From an uncultured Bacteroidaceae bacterium (lineage in GTDB: Bacteria; Bacteroidota; Bacteroidia; Bacteroidales; Bacteroidaceae), in NCBI GenBank assembly GCA_905234735.1, contig CAJOJA010000004.1, positions 105,022 through 169,021 of the forward strand: 64,000 nt of DNA. The letters run 5' to 3'. A model generated the notes under the pieces. That model was not told where the DNA came from. It was given only the letters and a program-made list of their open reading frames with translations, and made no database searches. This document shows, piece after piece, positions 18,453 to 25,705 of the stretch. Position 1 is the first letter of the stretch, and every line of letters starts with the position of its first letter. Both the position numbers and the translations under genes were made by a program.

Positions 18453-19616
18453 ATGGGTTTATCGGAGGACTTCATCGCATTGATGCGCTCACACATGGGC
18501 GAAGAGCAGGCAGAAGCCCTGTTCGAGGGACTCAGTCAGCAGCCTACGGTTGCCTTGCGCTTCAATCCACGCAAGACGGCCCATCTCACGCTGAACCGTG
18601 AGGCCTTGGGCGACCCTGTCTCTTGGTGCCCCGATGCCTATTATCTCGATGCACGTAGGGCCTTCACCTTTGATCCACTCTTCCATGCCGGAGCCTATTA
18701 CGTGCAGGATGCCTCCTCCATGTATCTTGCCGAAATCCTAAGAAAATATGGGTCCTATAAGTCCCCTGAGCCCCTTGTAGCCCTCGACCTCTGTGCAGCC
18801 CCCGGTGGCAAGAGCACCTTGCTGGCTGCCACGTTGCCTGAGGGCAGTACCCTCATCAGCAACGAGCCCATTCGCAAACGTGCCCAGGTGCTGGCCGAGA
18901 ACATGCAGAAGTGGGGCTATCCCAATTGCATCGTCACCAACAACTATCCGCAGGACTTCGGTCATCTGCGCCACGCCTTCGACCTTATCCTCACCGACGT
19001 TCCCTGTTCCGGTGAGGGCATGTTCCGCAAGGACCCCGTCGCCCTTCAGGAGTGGAGTCTACAGAACGTACAGCAGTGTGCCGAGCGCCAGCGCGACATT
19101 CTCCGCGCCATACTGCCCACTCTGAAGCCTGGCGGTCTGCTCGTCTACAGCACCTGCACCTTCAACCGCTATGAGGACGAGGACCAGGTCTGCTGGCTCC
19201 AGTCGGAATATGGCCTCCAACTGCTCGAGGAACGTCACTTCTTGCCAGGCCGTGACCGTGGCGAGGGTCTCTATATCGCCGCCTTGCGGCACACGGAGAG
19301 CACAGAGAATACGGAGAGCACAGAGACCTGTTGCATCAGAGGTCTCAATGTTCTTGCTGACGTCAACGACTATAATTGTCAATTATCTATTGTCCATTGT
19401 CCATTGTCGTTGTCCTACGACGACGCCATTCGTTACCTCCGTCACGAGGCCCTGCACATTGCGGCTCCCCGTGGCCTTGTCGCTGTCACCTACCGTGGTC
19501 TGCCTCTTGGTCTGGCCAAGAGTGTTGGCTCCCGCCTCAACAACCTCTATCCGCAGGAATGGCGCATCCGCACCACCTACAGTCCCACCGACCCTCTTCC
19601 CGACTTCTTCGTTTAG
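18453..19616 (+). CDS. RsmB/RsmF-family RNA cytosine-C5 methyltransferase
   Basis: LDLCAAPGGKST, TDVPCSGEGMFRK, YSTCTF motifs. C-terminal ...NNLYPQEWRI. ATG 18453 preferred over TTG 18447. Confidence 0.8.
   Translation: MGLSEDFIALMRSHMGEEQAEALFEGLSQQPTVALRFNPRKTAHLTLNREALGDPVSWCPDAYYLDARRAFTFDPLFHAGAYYVQDASSMYLAEILRKYGSYKSPEPLVALDLCAAPGGKSTLLAATLPEGSTLISNEPIRKRAQVLAENMQKWGYPNCIVTNNYPQDFGHLRHAFDLILTDVPCSGEGMFRKDPVALQEWSLQNVQQCAERQRDILRAILPTLKPGGLLVYSTCTFNRYEDEDQVCWLQSEYGLQLLEERHFLPGRDRGEGLYIAALRHTESTENTESTETCCIRGLNVLADVNDYNCQLSIVHCPLSLSYDDAIRYLRHEALHIAAPRGLVAVTYRGLPLGLAKSVGSRLNNLYPQEWRIRTTYSPTDPLPDFFV
19293..19328. repeat. 18-bp tandem repeat x2 inside the rsmF-like gene (TESTEN/TESTET)
   Basis: acggagagcacagagaat acggagagcacagagacc. 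Confidence 0.9.
19371..19415. repeat. AT-rich micro-repeat, type F2 (CAATTRTC, 8-bp period), in frame in the rsmF-like gene
   Basis: tataattgtcaattatctattgtccattgtccattgtcgttgtcc encodes YNCQLSIVHCPLSLS. Confidence 0.8.
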
Positions 19617-19632
19617 GTCCTACGTGACCCCA

Positions 19633-19703
19633 GCTTGTGTCACGCGTGACACAAGCCAGTTCCATACGTGGAACGAGGCCGAACGACGCGTCGATGAAGC
19701 CTC
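19633..19703 (+). other. three consecutive hairpins 3' of the rsmF-like gene (candidate structured RNA or REP-like element)
   Basis: Perfect 24-nt palindrome gcttgtgtcacgcgtgacacaagc (19633-19656). gttcca-tacg-tggaac (19659-19674). gaggc...cgacgcgtcg...gcctc (19675-19703). Confidence 0.5.
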
Positions 19704-19804
19704 GTACACATACAACTCCTTCCCAATCCCTTGCCTGGCCCTCCTTTTTCCATACGTTCGGCAACTTTTGTCCCGATTTGTCGTGGGATAAGAAGTTTTT
19801 TTCG

Positions 19805-19812
19805 TAATTTTG
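19805..19812 (+). promoter_or_regulatory. candidate -7 box TAATTTTG upstream of the 191-aa secreted protein gene
   Basis: Matches TAnnTTTG. TTTG also occurs at 19777-19780. Confidence 0.4.
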
Positions 19813-19840
19813 CAGAGTATTTGTAAAGAGGCAATTTTAT

Positions 19841-20416
19841 ATGATGAGAAGGATTCTATTCGTATGTGCTCTGCTGGTAGCCGTGGGCGTCAGCGCGCAG
19901 ACCAGTCTGGCCGGACGCGAGTATCACCACTCCAACATCATGGCCGACGAGATAAACAAGGCCGTGAACGAAGGAGTTGGAGACATGGAGAAGGCACGCC
20001 GCGAATTCATTGCCAAGGCCGAGGAGAAGAAGGGTCGTAAGCTTACGGCTAAGGAACTGGCCGAGGTGGACAAGAAGTTGGAGGAGACAAAGAAATTGAT
20101 GGTGGCCATGAAGGACGGTATGAAGATGGCCATTACCGTAGTCTTCAAGGACGACAAGAACGTGGTGATGAAGTGCGAGATGAAGGTGGACGATAGGGTA
20201 ATGAAAGCTGCCGGCATCGGGTGGGCCAAGCGCAAACTGATAGGGCTGGCTACGAAGGTTATGCCCGACGAGAAGGCTACCTACACGGTGCAGGGCAACC
20301 ACGTCTATCTCTTCGACGGCGAGGAGCGCGACACCATGCGCCTGAGCGACGACGGCAAGTACCTCTACGGCAAGATGGACGAGAAGAAGAAATTCAAGCT
20401 GACGCGCACGAAGTAA
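19841..20416 (+). CDS. secreted Lys/Glu-rich hypothetical protein
   Basis: Signal peptide MMRRILFVCALLVAVGVSAQ. A TAATTTTG box lies 29 nt upstream. I recognise no family. Confidence 0.5.
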   Translation: MMRRILFVCALLVAVGVSAQTSLAGREYHHSNIMADEINKAVNEGVGDMEKARREFIAKAEEKKGRKLTAKELAEVDKKLEETKKLMVAMKDGMKMAITVVFKDDKNVVMKCEMKVDDRVMKAAGIGWAKRKLIGLATKVMPDEKATYTVQGNHVYLFDGEERDTMRLSDDGKYLYGKMDEKKKFKLTRTK

Positions 20417-20444
20417 ACACACAAACCTTATAACCTAAATAGCT

Positions 20445-21599
20445 ATGTCAAACAGATTTATCTTGAACGAAGTGTCGTACTTCGGACCGGGTGCCCGTAA
20501 GGAACTGCCCGGCGTGGTGGCCCGTCTGGGCTTTACGAAAGCATTGGTAGTGACCGACAAAGGGCTGATGAAGTTCGGTGTGGCTAAGATGGTGCTTGAC
20601 GTCATGGACGAGGCCGGTATCCAGTACGAAGTGTTCGACGACGTGAAACCCAATCCCACGGTGACGAACGTGAAGAACGGCATTGAGGCCTGCAAACGGG
20701 CCGGGGCCGATTTCATTGTGGCCATCGGTGGCGGTTCTTCGATGGACACCGCCAAGGGCATAGGCATCGTGGTCCGCAACCCCGAGTTTGCAGACATCGT
20801 TTCGCTGGAGGGCGTGGCCGACACGAAGAAGAAGTCGCTGCCCATCATTGCCCTGCCCACCACGGCAGGTACGGCTGCGGAGACCACCATCAACTATGTC
20901 ATCATCGACGAGACGCGCCAGGCCAAGATGGTGTGCGTCGACCCCAATGACATCCCCTGCGTGGCTATCATCGATGCCGAACTGATGTACTCTCTGCCCA
21001 AGTCGTTGACCGCTGCCACGGGCATGGATGCGATGACGCATGCCATAGAGGGCCTCATCACGAAGGCTGCCTGGGAACTCTCCGATATGTTCGAGATAAA
21101 GGCCATAGAGATGATATACAAGTATCTGCCCTTGGCTGTTGACGAACCTACAAACCCGAAGGGGCGTGACGGAATGGCCGTGGCCCAGTATGTGGCCGGT
21201 ATGGCCTTCTCGAATGTGGGTCTGGGTGTCGACCACGGCATGGCTCACCCTCTTTCGGCCCTGTTCGACGTGCCCCACGGTGTAGCCTGTGCCATGCTGC
21301 TGCCCACGGTGATGCGCTTCAACATGCCCGCAGCGATGGACAAGTACATCGACATTGCCAAGGCCTGCGGCGTCTACGTGGCAGGCATGACCACCCAGGA
21401 GGCTGCCGAGGCTGCCTGCAAGGCCATCGAGGACCTGAGTGCCCGCGTCGGGACCAACAAACGACTGACCGAACTGGGTATCACGGAGAAGGATATCCCG
21501 GCGCTGGCCGACCAGGCTATTGCCGATGTCTGCACACCTGGCAATCCGCGCCCTGTGACGCGCGATGACATTGTTGCCCTGTATCGCTCCATCCTGTAG
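20445..21599 (+). CDS. fucO: iron-containing alcohol dehydrogenase, lactaldehyde reductase-like
   Basis: N-terminus MSNRFILNEVSYFGPGA...ALVVTDKGL...NPTVTNVKNG...AIGGGSSMDTAKGIG aligns with FucO-type group III ADH. Confidence 0.7.
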   Translation: MSNRFILNEVSYFGPGARKELPGVVARLGFTKALVVTDKGLMKFGVAKMVLDVMDEAGIQYEVFDDVKPNPTVTNVKNGIEACKRAGADFIVAIGGGSSMDTAKGIGIVVRNPEFADIVSLEGVADTKKKSLPIIALPTTAGTAAETTINYVIIDETRQAKMVCVDPNDIPCVAIIDAELMYSLPKSLTAATGMDAMTHAIEGLITKAAWELSDMFEIKAIEMIYKYLPLAVDEPTNPKGRDGMAVAQYVAGMAFSNVGLGVDHGMAHPLSALFDVPHGVACAMLLPTVMRFNMPAAMDKYIDIAKACGVYVAGMTTQEAAEAACKAIEDLSARVGTNKRLTELGITEKDIPALADQAIADVCTPGNPRPVTRDDIVALYRSIL

Positions 21600-21610
21600 T
21601 GGTGATGTCG

Positions 21611-21652
21611 AAAGTAAATCGTAAATAGTTAATTGTTAAATCGTAAATTATC
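21611..21652. repeat. AT-rich micro-repeat (AAATCGTAAAT units), intergenic
   Basis: aaagtaaatcgtaaatagttaattgttaaatcgtaaattatc, directly 5' of the transporter ATG. Confidence 0.6.
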
Positions 21653-21655
21653 TTC

Positions 21656-23359
21656 ATGGATTGGTTGCTTAATCTTTTCACCGATTCGGACTCCATTGCA
21701 CACATCGTCTTGCTGTATGCACTGGTCATCTCCATCGGTATCGCCCTGGGCCGAATCAAGATTTTCGGTATCTCGCTGGGCGTCACTTTCGTCCTGTTTG
21801 CCGGCATCCTGGCCGGGCATCTGGGCCTGACGGGAACCACGAACATCCTGACCTACATCCAGGACTTCGGACTCATCCTGTTTGTCTACTGCATCGGTTT
21901 GCAGGTGGGACCAGGTTTCTTCGAGAGTCTCAGAGATGCGGGCATCAAGATGAATCTGATGGCCGTCTCCATCATCCTGCTCAATGTGGCCTGCTGCATC
22001 GGACTCTTCTTCCTGGTCTTCTACAAGGGTGGCCCTATCATGGGCGAGAATGCCCGAAGTCTGGCCATGATGGTCGGTGTGCTTTGCGGTGCCATCACCA
22101 ACACCCCTGGACTGGGTGCGGCCAACGAGGCCTGCTCCACCATCTTCGGTGCCGATGCGCCTCCCATTGCCAACGGTTATGCCTGTGCCTATCCCTTGGG
22201 CGTGGTGGGTATCATTCTCGCCACCATCGCCATTCGCATGATATGCAACGTAAAGATGAAGAAGGAACAGGAACAGTTGGAGAAGGAGCGTGCTGAGAAT
22301 CCCCACGCCAAGCCGCATAAGATGACCTTGCAGGTAATGAACCGTGCTTTGTCCGGCCGTACGCTGTTGCAGGTAAGTCAGTTCTTGGGACGCGACTTCG
22401 TGGTTTCGCGCATCCTGCACGACGGGCACGTCAGCATCCCCAACCGTGACACCATCCTGTACGAGGGCGACAAGATGTTTATCGTCTGCGCCGAGGAGGC
22501 TGCTGAGGCCATCACGGCCTTCATCGGTGAGCCTTGCGAAGTAGAATGGGAGGAACAGGATGTGCCTCTGGTGAGCAAGCACATTCTGGTGACGCAGCCC
22601 AGTATGAACGGCAAGACGTTCGGTTCTCTGCATTTCAGCTCGGTGTATGGCGTGAATGTGACCCGCATCCGCCGCAACGGCATGAACCTCTATGCCGACC
22701 GTAACCTGCGTATGCAGGTGGGCGACAAGATTGTCGTCGTAGGTCCCGAGGATGCTGTCGACCGCGTCGCTTCGATGATGGGCAACTCTGTGAAGAGTCT
22801 CGACCATCCCAATCTCTCAACCATCTTCGTGGGCATACTGGTTGGTATCATCTTCGGCATGATGCCCATCGCCATTCCGGGCATTCCCACCCCTGTGAAG
22901 CTGGGTCTGGCCGGTGGTCCGCTGATTATCGCCATTCTGGTTGGCCGTTTCGGTTATCGTGCCCATCTGGTGGCCTATACCACCACCAGTGCCAATCTGA
23001 TGCTTCGCGAGATAGGCCTCGTCCTGTTCCTGGCCAGTGTGGGCATCAAGGCCGGTGCATCGTTCTGGAACACTGTGGTCGCGGGCGATGGACTGACCTA
23101 CGTGTGGTGCGGTTTCCTCATTACCGTGTTGCCTATCCTGATTGTGGGCACTGTGGCCCGTCTGCGCTATAAGTTGAACTACTTCACCCTGATGGGCTTG
23201 ATAGCCGGTTCCAATACCGATCCACCAGCTCTGGCCTACGCCAACCAAACGGCGGGCAACGATGCTCCGGCTGTGGGCTACTCCACGGTTTATCCCCTGA
23301 GCATGTTCCTGCGCATCCTGACAGCGCAACTCATTATCCTGCTGTTGTGTTCGGCATAG
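21656..23359 (+). CDS. YidE/YbjL-family (AspT-type duplication) transporter with central TrkA-C-like domains
   Basis: 567 aa. Two hydrophobic halves flank a soluble region. N-terminus [31 protein letters not shown] resembles YidE. Confidence 0.7.
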   Translation: MDWLLNLFTDSDSIAHIVLLYALVISIGIALGRIKIFGISLGVTFVLFAGILAGHLGLTGTTNILTYIQDFGLILFVYCIGLQVGPGFFESLRDAGIKMNLMAVSIILLNVACCIGLFFLVFYKGGPIMGENARSLAMMVGVLCGAITNTPGLGAANEACSTIFGADAPPIANGYACAYPLGVVGIILATIAIRMICNVKMKKEQEQLEKERAENPHAKPHKMTLQVMNRALSGRTLLQVSQFLGRDFVVSRILHDGHVSIPNRDTILYEGDKMFIVCAEEAAEAITAFIGEPCEVEWEEQDVPLVSKHILVTQPSMNGKTFGSLHFSSVYGVNVTRIRRNGMNLYADRNLRMQVGDKIVVVGPEDAVDRVASMMGNSVKSLDHPNLSTIFVGILVGIIFGMMPIAIPGIPTPVKLGLAGGPLIIAILVGRFGYRAHLVAYTTTSANLMLREIGLVLFLASVGIKAGASFWNTVVAGDGLTYVWCGFLITVLPILIVGTVARLRYKLNYFTLMGLIAGSNTDPPALAYANQTAGNDAPAVGYSTVYPLSMFLRILTAQLIILLLCSA

Positions 23360-23368
23360 GGATATTGG

Positions 23369-23388
23369 GAAAATGAGAGAATGAAATG
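23369..23388. repeat. AT-rich micro-repeat, type F1 (TTCTCATT, 8-bp period), short copy, complement orientation
   Basis: gaaaatgagagaatgaaatg, ending in the truA start codon. Confidence 0.55.
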
Positions 23389-24156
23389 CGTTATTTCATT
23401 CAGCTGAGTTTCGACGGCACAGCCTATCACGGCTGGCAGATACAGCCTAACGGGGTGAGCGTGCAGGAAGTCCTGCAGGGGGCGCTCACCACGTTGTTGC
23501 GTCACCCCATAGAGGTGGTGGGTGCCGGACGTACGGATGCCGGTGTGCATGCCCGCATGATGGTGGCGCACATGGACAGTCCTGTGGAGCTAGACTGTGT
23601 CCAGTTCTCCTACAAGCTCAACAAAATCCTGCCTCGTGACATCGCCGTGCAGCGCGTGTGGCCCGTTCCCGATGACATGCACGCCCGCTTCTCGGCCACC
23701 TCGCGCACGTACCACTACCATATACATACGCGCAAGGATCCCTTCCTGCGGTACCATAGTTGGCTGGTGACTTTCCCGCTCGACTTCGACCGCATGAACG
23801 AGGCTGCCCGGTGTCTGCTCCGCTACGAGGACTTCACCAGTTTCTCGAAGACGCAGACCGACACGAAGACCAACCTCTGTCGCATCACAGAGGCCGGGTG
23901 GGAGGAAGAAGGAGGGACGGGGTGGATTTTTACTATCACCGCCAACCGCTTCCTGCGCAACATGGTGCGCGCCATCGTGGGCACTCTCATAGAGGTGGGA
24001 CGTGGACGCATGACGGTGGAGGATTTCTGTCAGGTGATTGAGCAGAAGAACCGCTGTTCGGCAGGCGAGAGTGTACCAGCTCATGGGCTCTTCCTCACAG
24101 AGGTTGAGTATATGTCACCCTCCCCTTGGGGAGGGAATGAGGAGGGGGCCTTATGA
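23386..24156 (+). CDS. truA: tRNA pseudouridine(38-40) synthase
   Basis: [22 protein letters not shown]...[11 protein letters not shown]. Confidence 0.9.
   Translation: MRYFIQLSFDGTAYHGWQIQPNGVSVQEVLQGALTTLLRHPIEVVGAGRTDAGVHARMMVAHMDSPVELDCVQFSYKLNKILPRDIAVQRVWPVPDDMHARFSATSRTYHYHIHTRKDPFLRYHSWLVTFPLDFDRMNEAARCLLRYEDFTSFSKTQTDTKTNLCRITEAGWEEEGGTGWIFTITANRFLRNMVRAIVGTLIEVGRGRMTVEDFCQVIEQKNRCSAGESVPAHGLFLTEVEYMSPSPWGGNEEGAL
24118..24135. repeat. GC-rich palindrome CCCTCCCC-TT-GGGGAGGG in the truA tail
   Basis: Read directly. It encodes part of the extra tail [13 protein letters not shown]. Confidence 0.8.
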
Positions 24157-25034
24157 TCTGGTTATTGTTTTCCTTCCTCAGTGCGACCCTTCTGGGGTTC
24201 TACGATGTCTGCAAGAAGCGGGCATTGCGGGACAATGCCGTTTTGCCGGTGCTGTTCCTCAACACCCTCTTCTCCTCGCTCATCTTTCTGCCTGTGGCCC
24301 TGTTGCCCGAGGTGCCTTTTGGTGGATGGGAGGTGCAGCGCTACATCGTACTGAAGAGCCTGATTGTGCTCTCTTCGTGGATATGCGGCTACTACGGCAT
24401 GAAGTATCTGCCCCTGACGGTCGTAGGCCCCATCAATGCCACACGTCCGGTCATGGTGCTGCTGGGTGCCTTGCTCATCTTTGGCGAACGGTTGAACCTG
24501 TACCAGTGGGTGGGTGTGCTGTTTGCCATCATCAGTTTCTACATGCTGAGCCGGAGCGGAAAGAAGGAGGGCATCGACTTCCGTCACAACCGCTGGATAT
24601 TGCTTACCGTATTGGCGGCCGCCCTGGGGGCCTTGAGTGGACTCTACGACAAATACCTCATGGCAGCGCCCGAAGCCGGTGGGGTAGGGCTGAACCGCCT
24701 GACGGTGCAGTGCTACTTCAACTTCTACCAGTGCCTGCTGATGGGAATCGTGTTGCTCAAGGAGCAGGGGGCAAGGGGCAGTGCACACCCTAGCTCCTTA
24801 AAATATATCTTCCTGGTCAGCCTCTTCCTCAGTGCGGCCGATTTCGCTTATTTCTATGCCCTCAGTCTGCCTGGAGCGCTAATCAGTGTGGTCAGTATGG
24901 TGCGACGCGGCAGTGTGCTAGTCAGCTTCACCGTTGGTGCAATGATGTTCCACGAGAAGAACCTGCGCTCAAAAGCTGTCGATCTCTTGTTGGTACTTAT
25001 CGGTATGTTGTTCCTTTATCTTGGTGCACGATGA
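24153..25034 (+). CDS. EamA/DMT family transporter
   Basis: 10-TM profile, 293 aa, ATGA start/stop overlaps on both sides. Confidence 0.7.
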   Translation: MIWLLFSFLSATLLGFYDVCKKRALRDNAVLPVLFLNTLFSSLIFLPVALLPEVPFGGWEVQRYIVLKSLIVLSSWICGYYGMKYLPLTVVGPINATRPVMVLLGALLIFGERLNLYQWVGVLFAIISFYMLSRSGKKEGIDFRHNRWILLTVLAAALGALSGLYDKYLMAAPEAGGVGLNRLTVQCYFNFYQCLLMGIVLLKEQGARGSAHPSSLKYIFLVSLFLSAADFAYFYALSLPGALISVVSMVRRGSVLVSFTVGAMMFHEKNLRSKAVDLLLVLIGMLFLYLGAR

Positions 25035-25663
25035 AACATATAGTAGTTTTTCTCATTTTCTCATTCTCTCATTTCCTTAGTCTCCATTGTGAAAACGTTT
25101 TCAGCGTTTTCACCAGCGCTCCCGACAGCATCTTCCCCCTGCTGACGGAGAAGAGTCGTCGCGATATGCTTGACTTTTACAACAACCACATGGAAGCCAA
25201 GGTGCGCAACCGTTTCAACGACTATGCGCGTCTGGACACACTTACCGATTCGTACCTGCGGCTCACGCTCTCCAAGTCGAGTACGGCAGAGCTGAAACTG
25301 TTACGCACTGCGGACAGTGTCGATGTCGTTTGCCTCATACAGACCGCATCGGGGCCTGTTCGCGACAGTCGTGTGACCTTCTACAACACTGCGTGGCAGC
25401 GTCTCTACTGGCTCGAACTGCCTCAGCCCGCCACGCGCGACTTCTTTGCTCAGAGCCCCGATAGTGTAGCTCGCGCTATGGACTTTGCCCAGCGCTCCGT
25501 CGACGACCTGCGTCTGGTGGAGGTCACGGCCAGTCCCTCGGAGCCCGTCTTCACGCTTGTCCTCTCCGTCGACGAACTGTCTCGCGACGAGAAGAAGCTG
25601 GCTCGCCGCTTCCTCCGTCCCCTCCGCTATCGCTGGACCGGTAACGAATTTGCCCTGGAGTAA
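25031..25663 (+). CDS. secreted protein, DUF3256-like
   Basis: Signal peptide, then SIFPLLTEKSRRDMLDFYNN...LTDSYLRLTLSKSSTAELKLL. The family name is from memory. Confidence 0.45.
   Translation: MKHIVVFLIFSFSHFLSLHCENVFSVFTSAPDSIFPLLTEKSRRDMLDFYNNHMEAKVRNRFNDYARLDTLTDSYLRLTLSKSSTAELKLLRTADSVDVVCLIQTASGPVRDSRVTFYNTAWQRLYWLELPQPATRDFFAQSPDSVARAMDFAQRSVDDLRLVEVTASPSEPVFTLVLSVDELSRDEKKLARRFLRPLRYRWTGNEFALE
25047..25078. repeat. F1 micro-repeat encoding the signal-peptide core of the DUF3256-like protein
   Basis: ttttctcattttctcattctctcatttcc encodes FLIFSFSHFLS. Confidence 0.8.
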
Positions 25664-25676
25664 CAACCCCAGGGCA
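25651..25676. terminator. hairpin between convergent genes (DUF3256-like / GH31)
   Basis: tgccctgg-N10-ccagggca. The loop contains the TAA stop. No clear T run. Confidence 0.4.
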
Positions 25677-25680
25677 AACA

Positions 25681-25705
25681 CATTCTCTCATTCTCACATT
25701 TTCAC
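25681..25705. repeat. F1 micro-repeat at the GH31 3' end
   Basis: cattctctcattctcacattttcac. It contains the GH31 stop and its last codons (VQVKM*). Confidence 0.7.
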
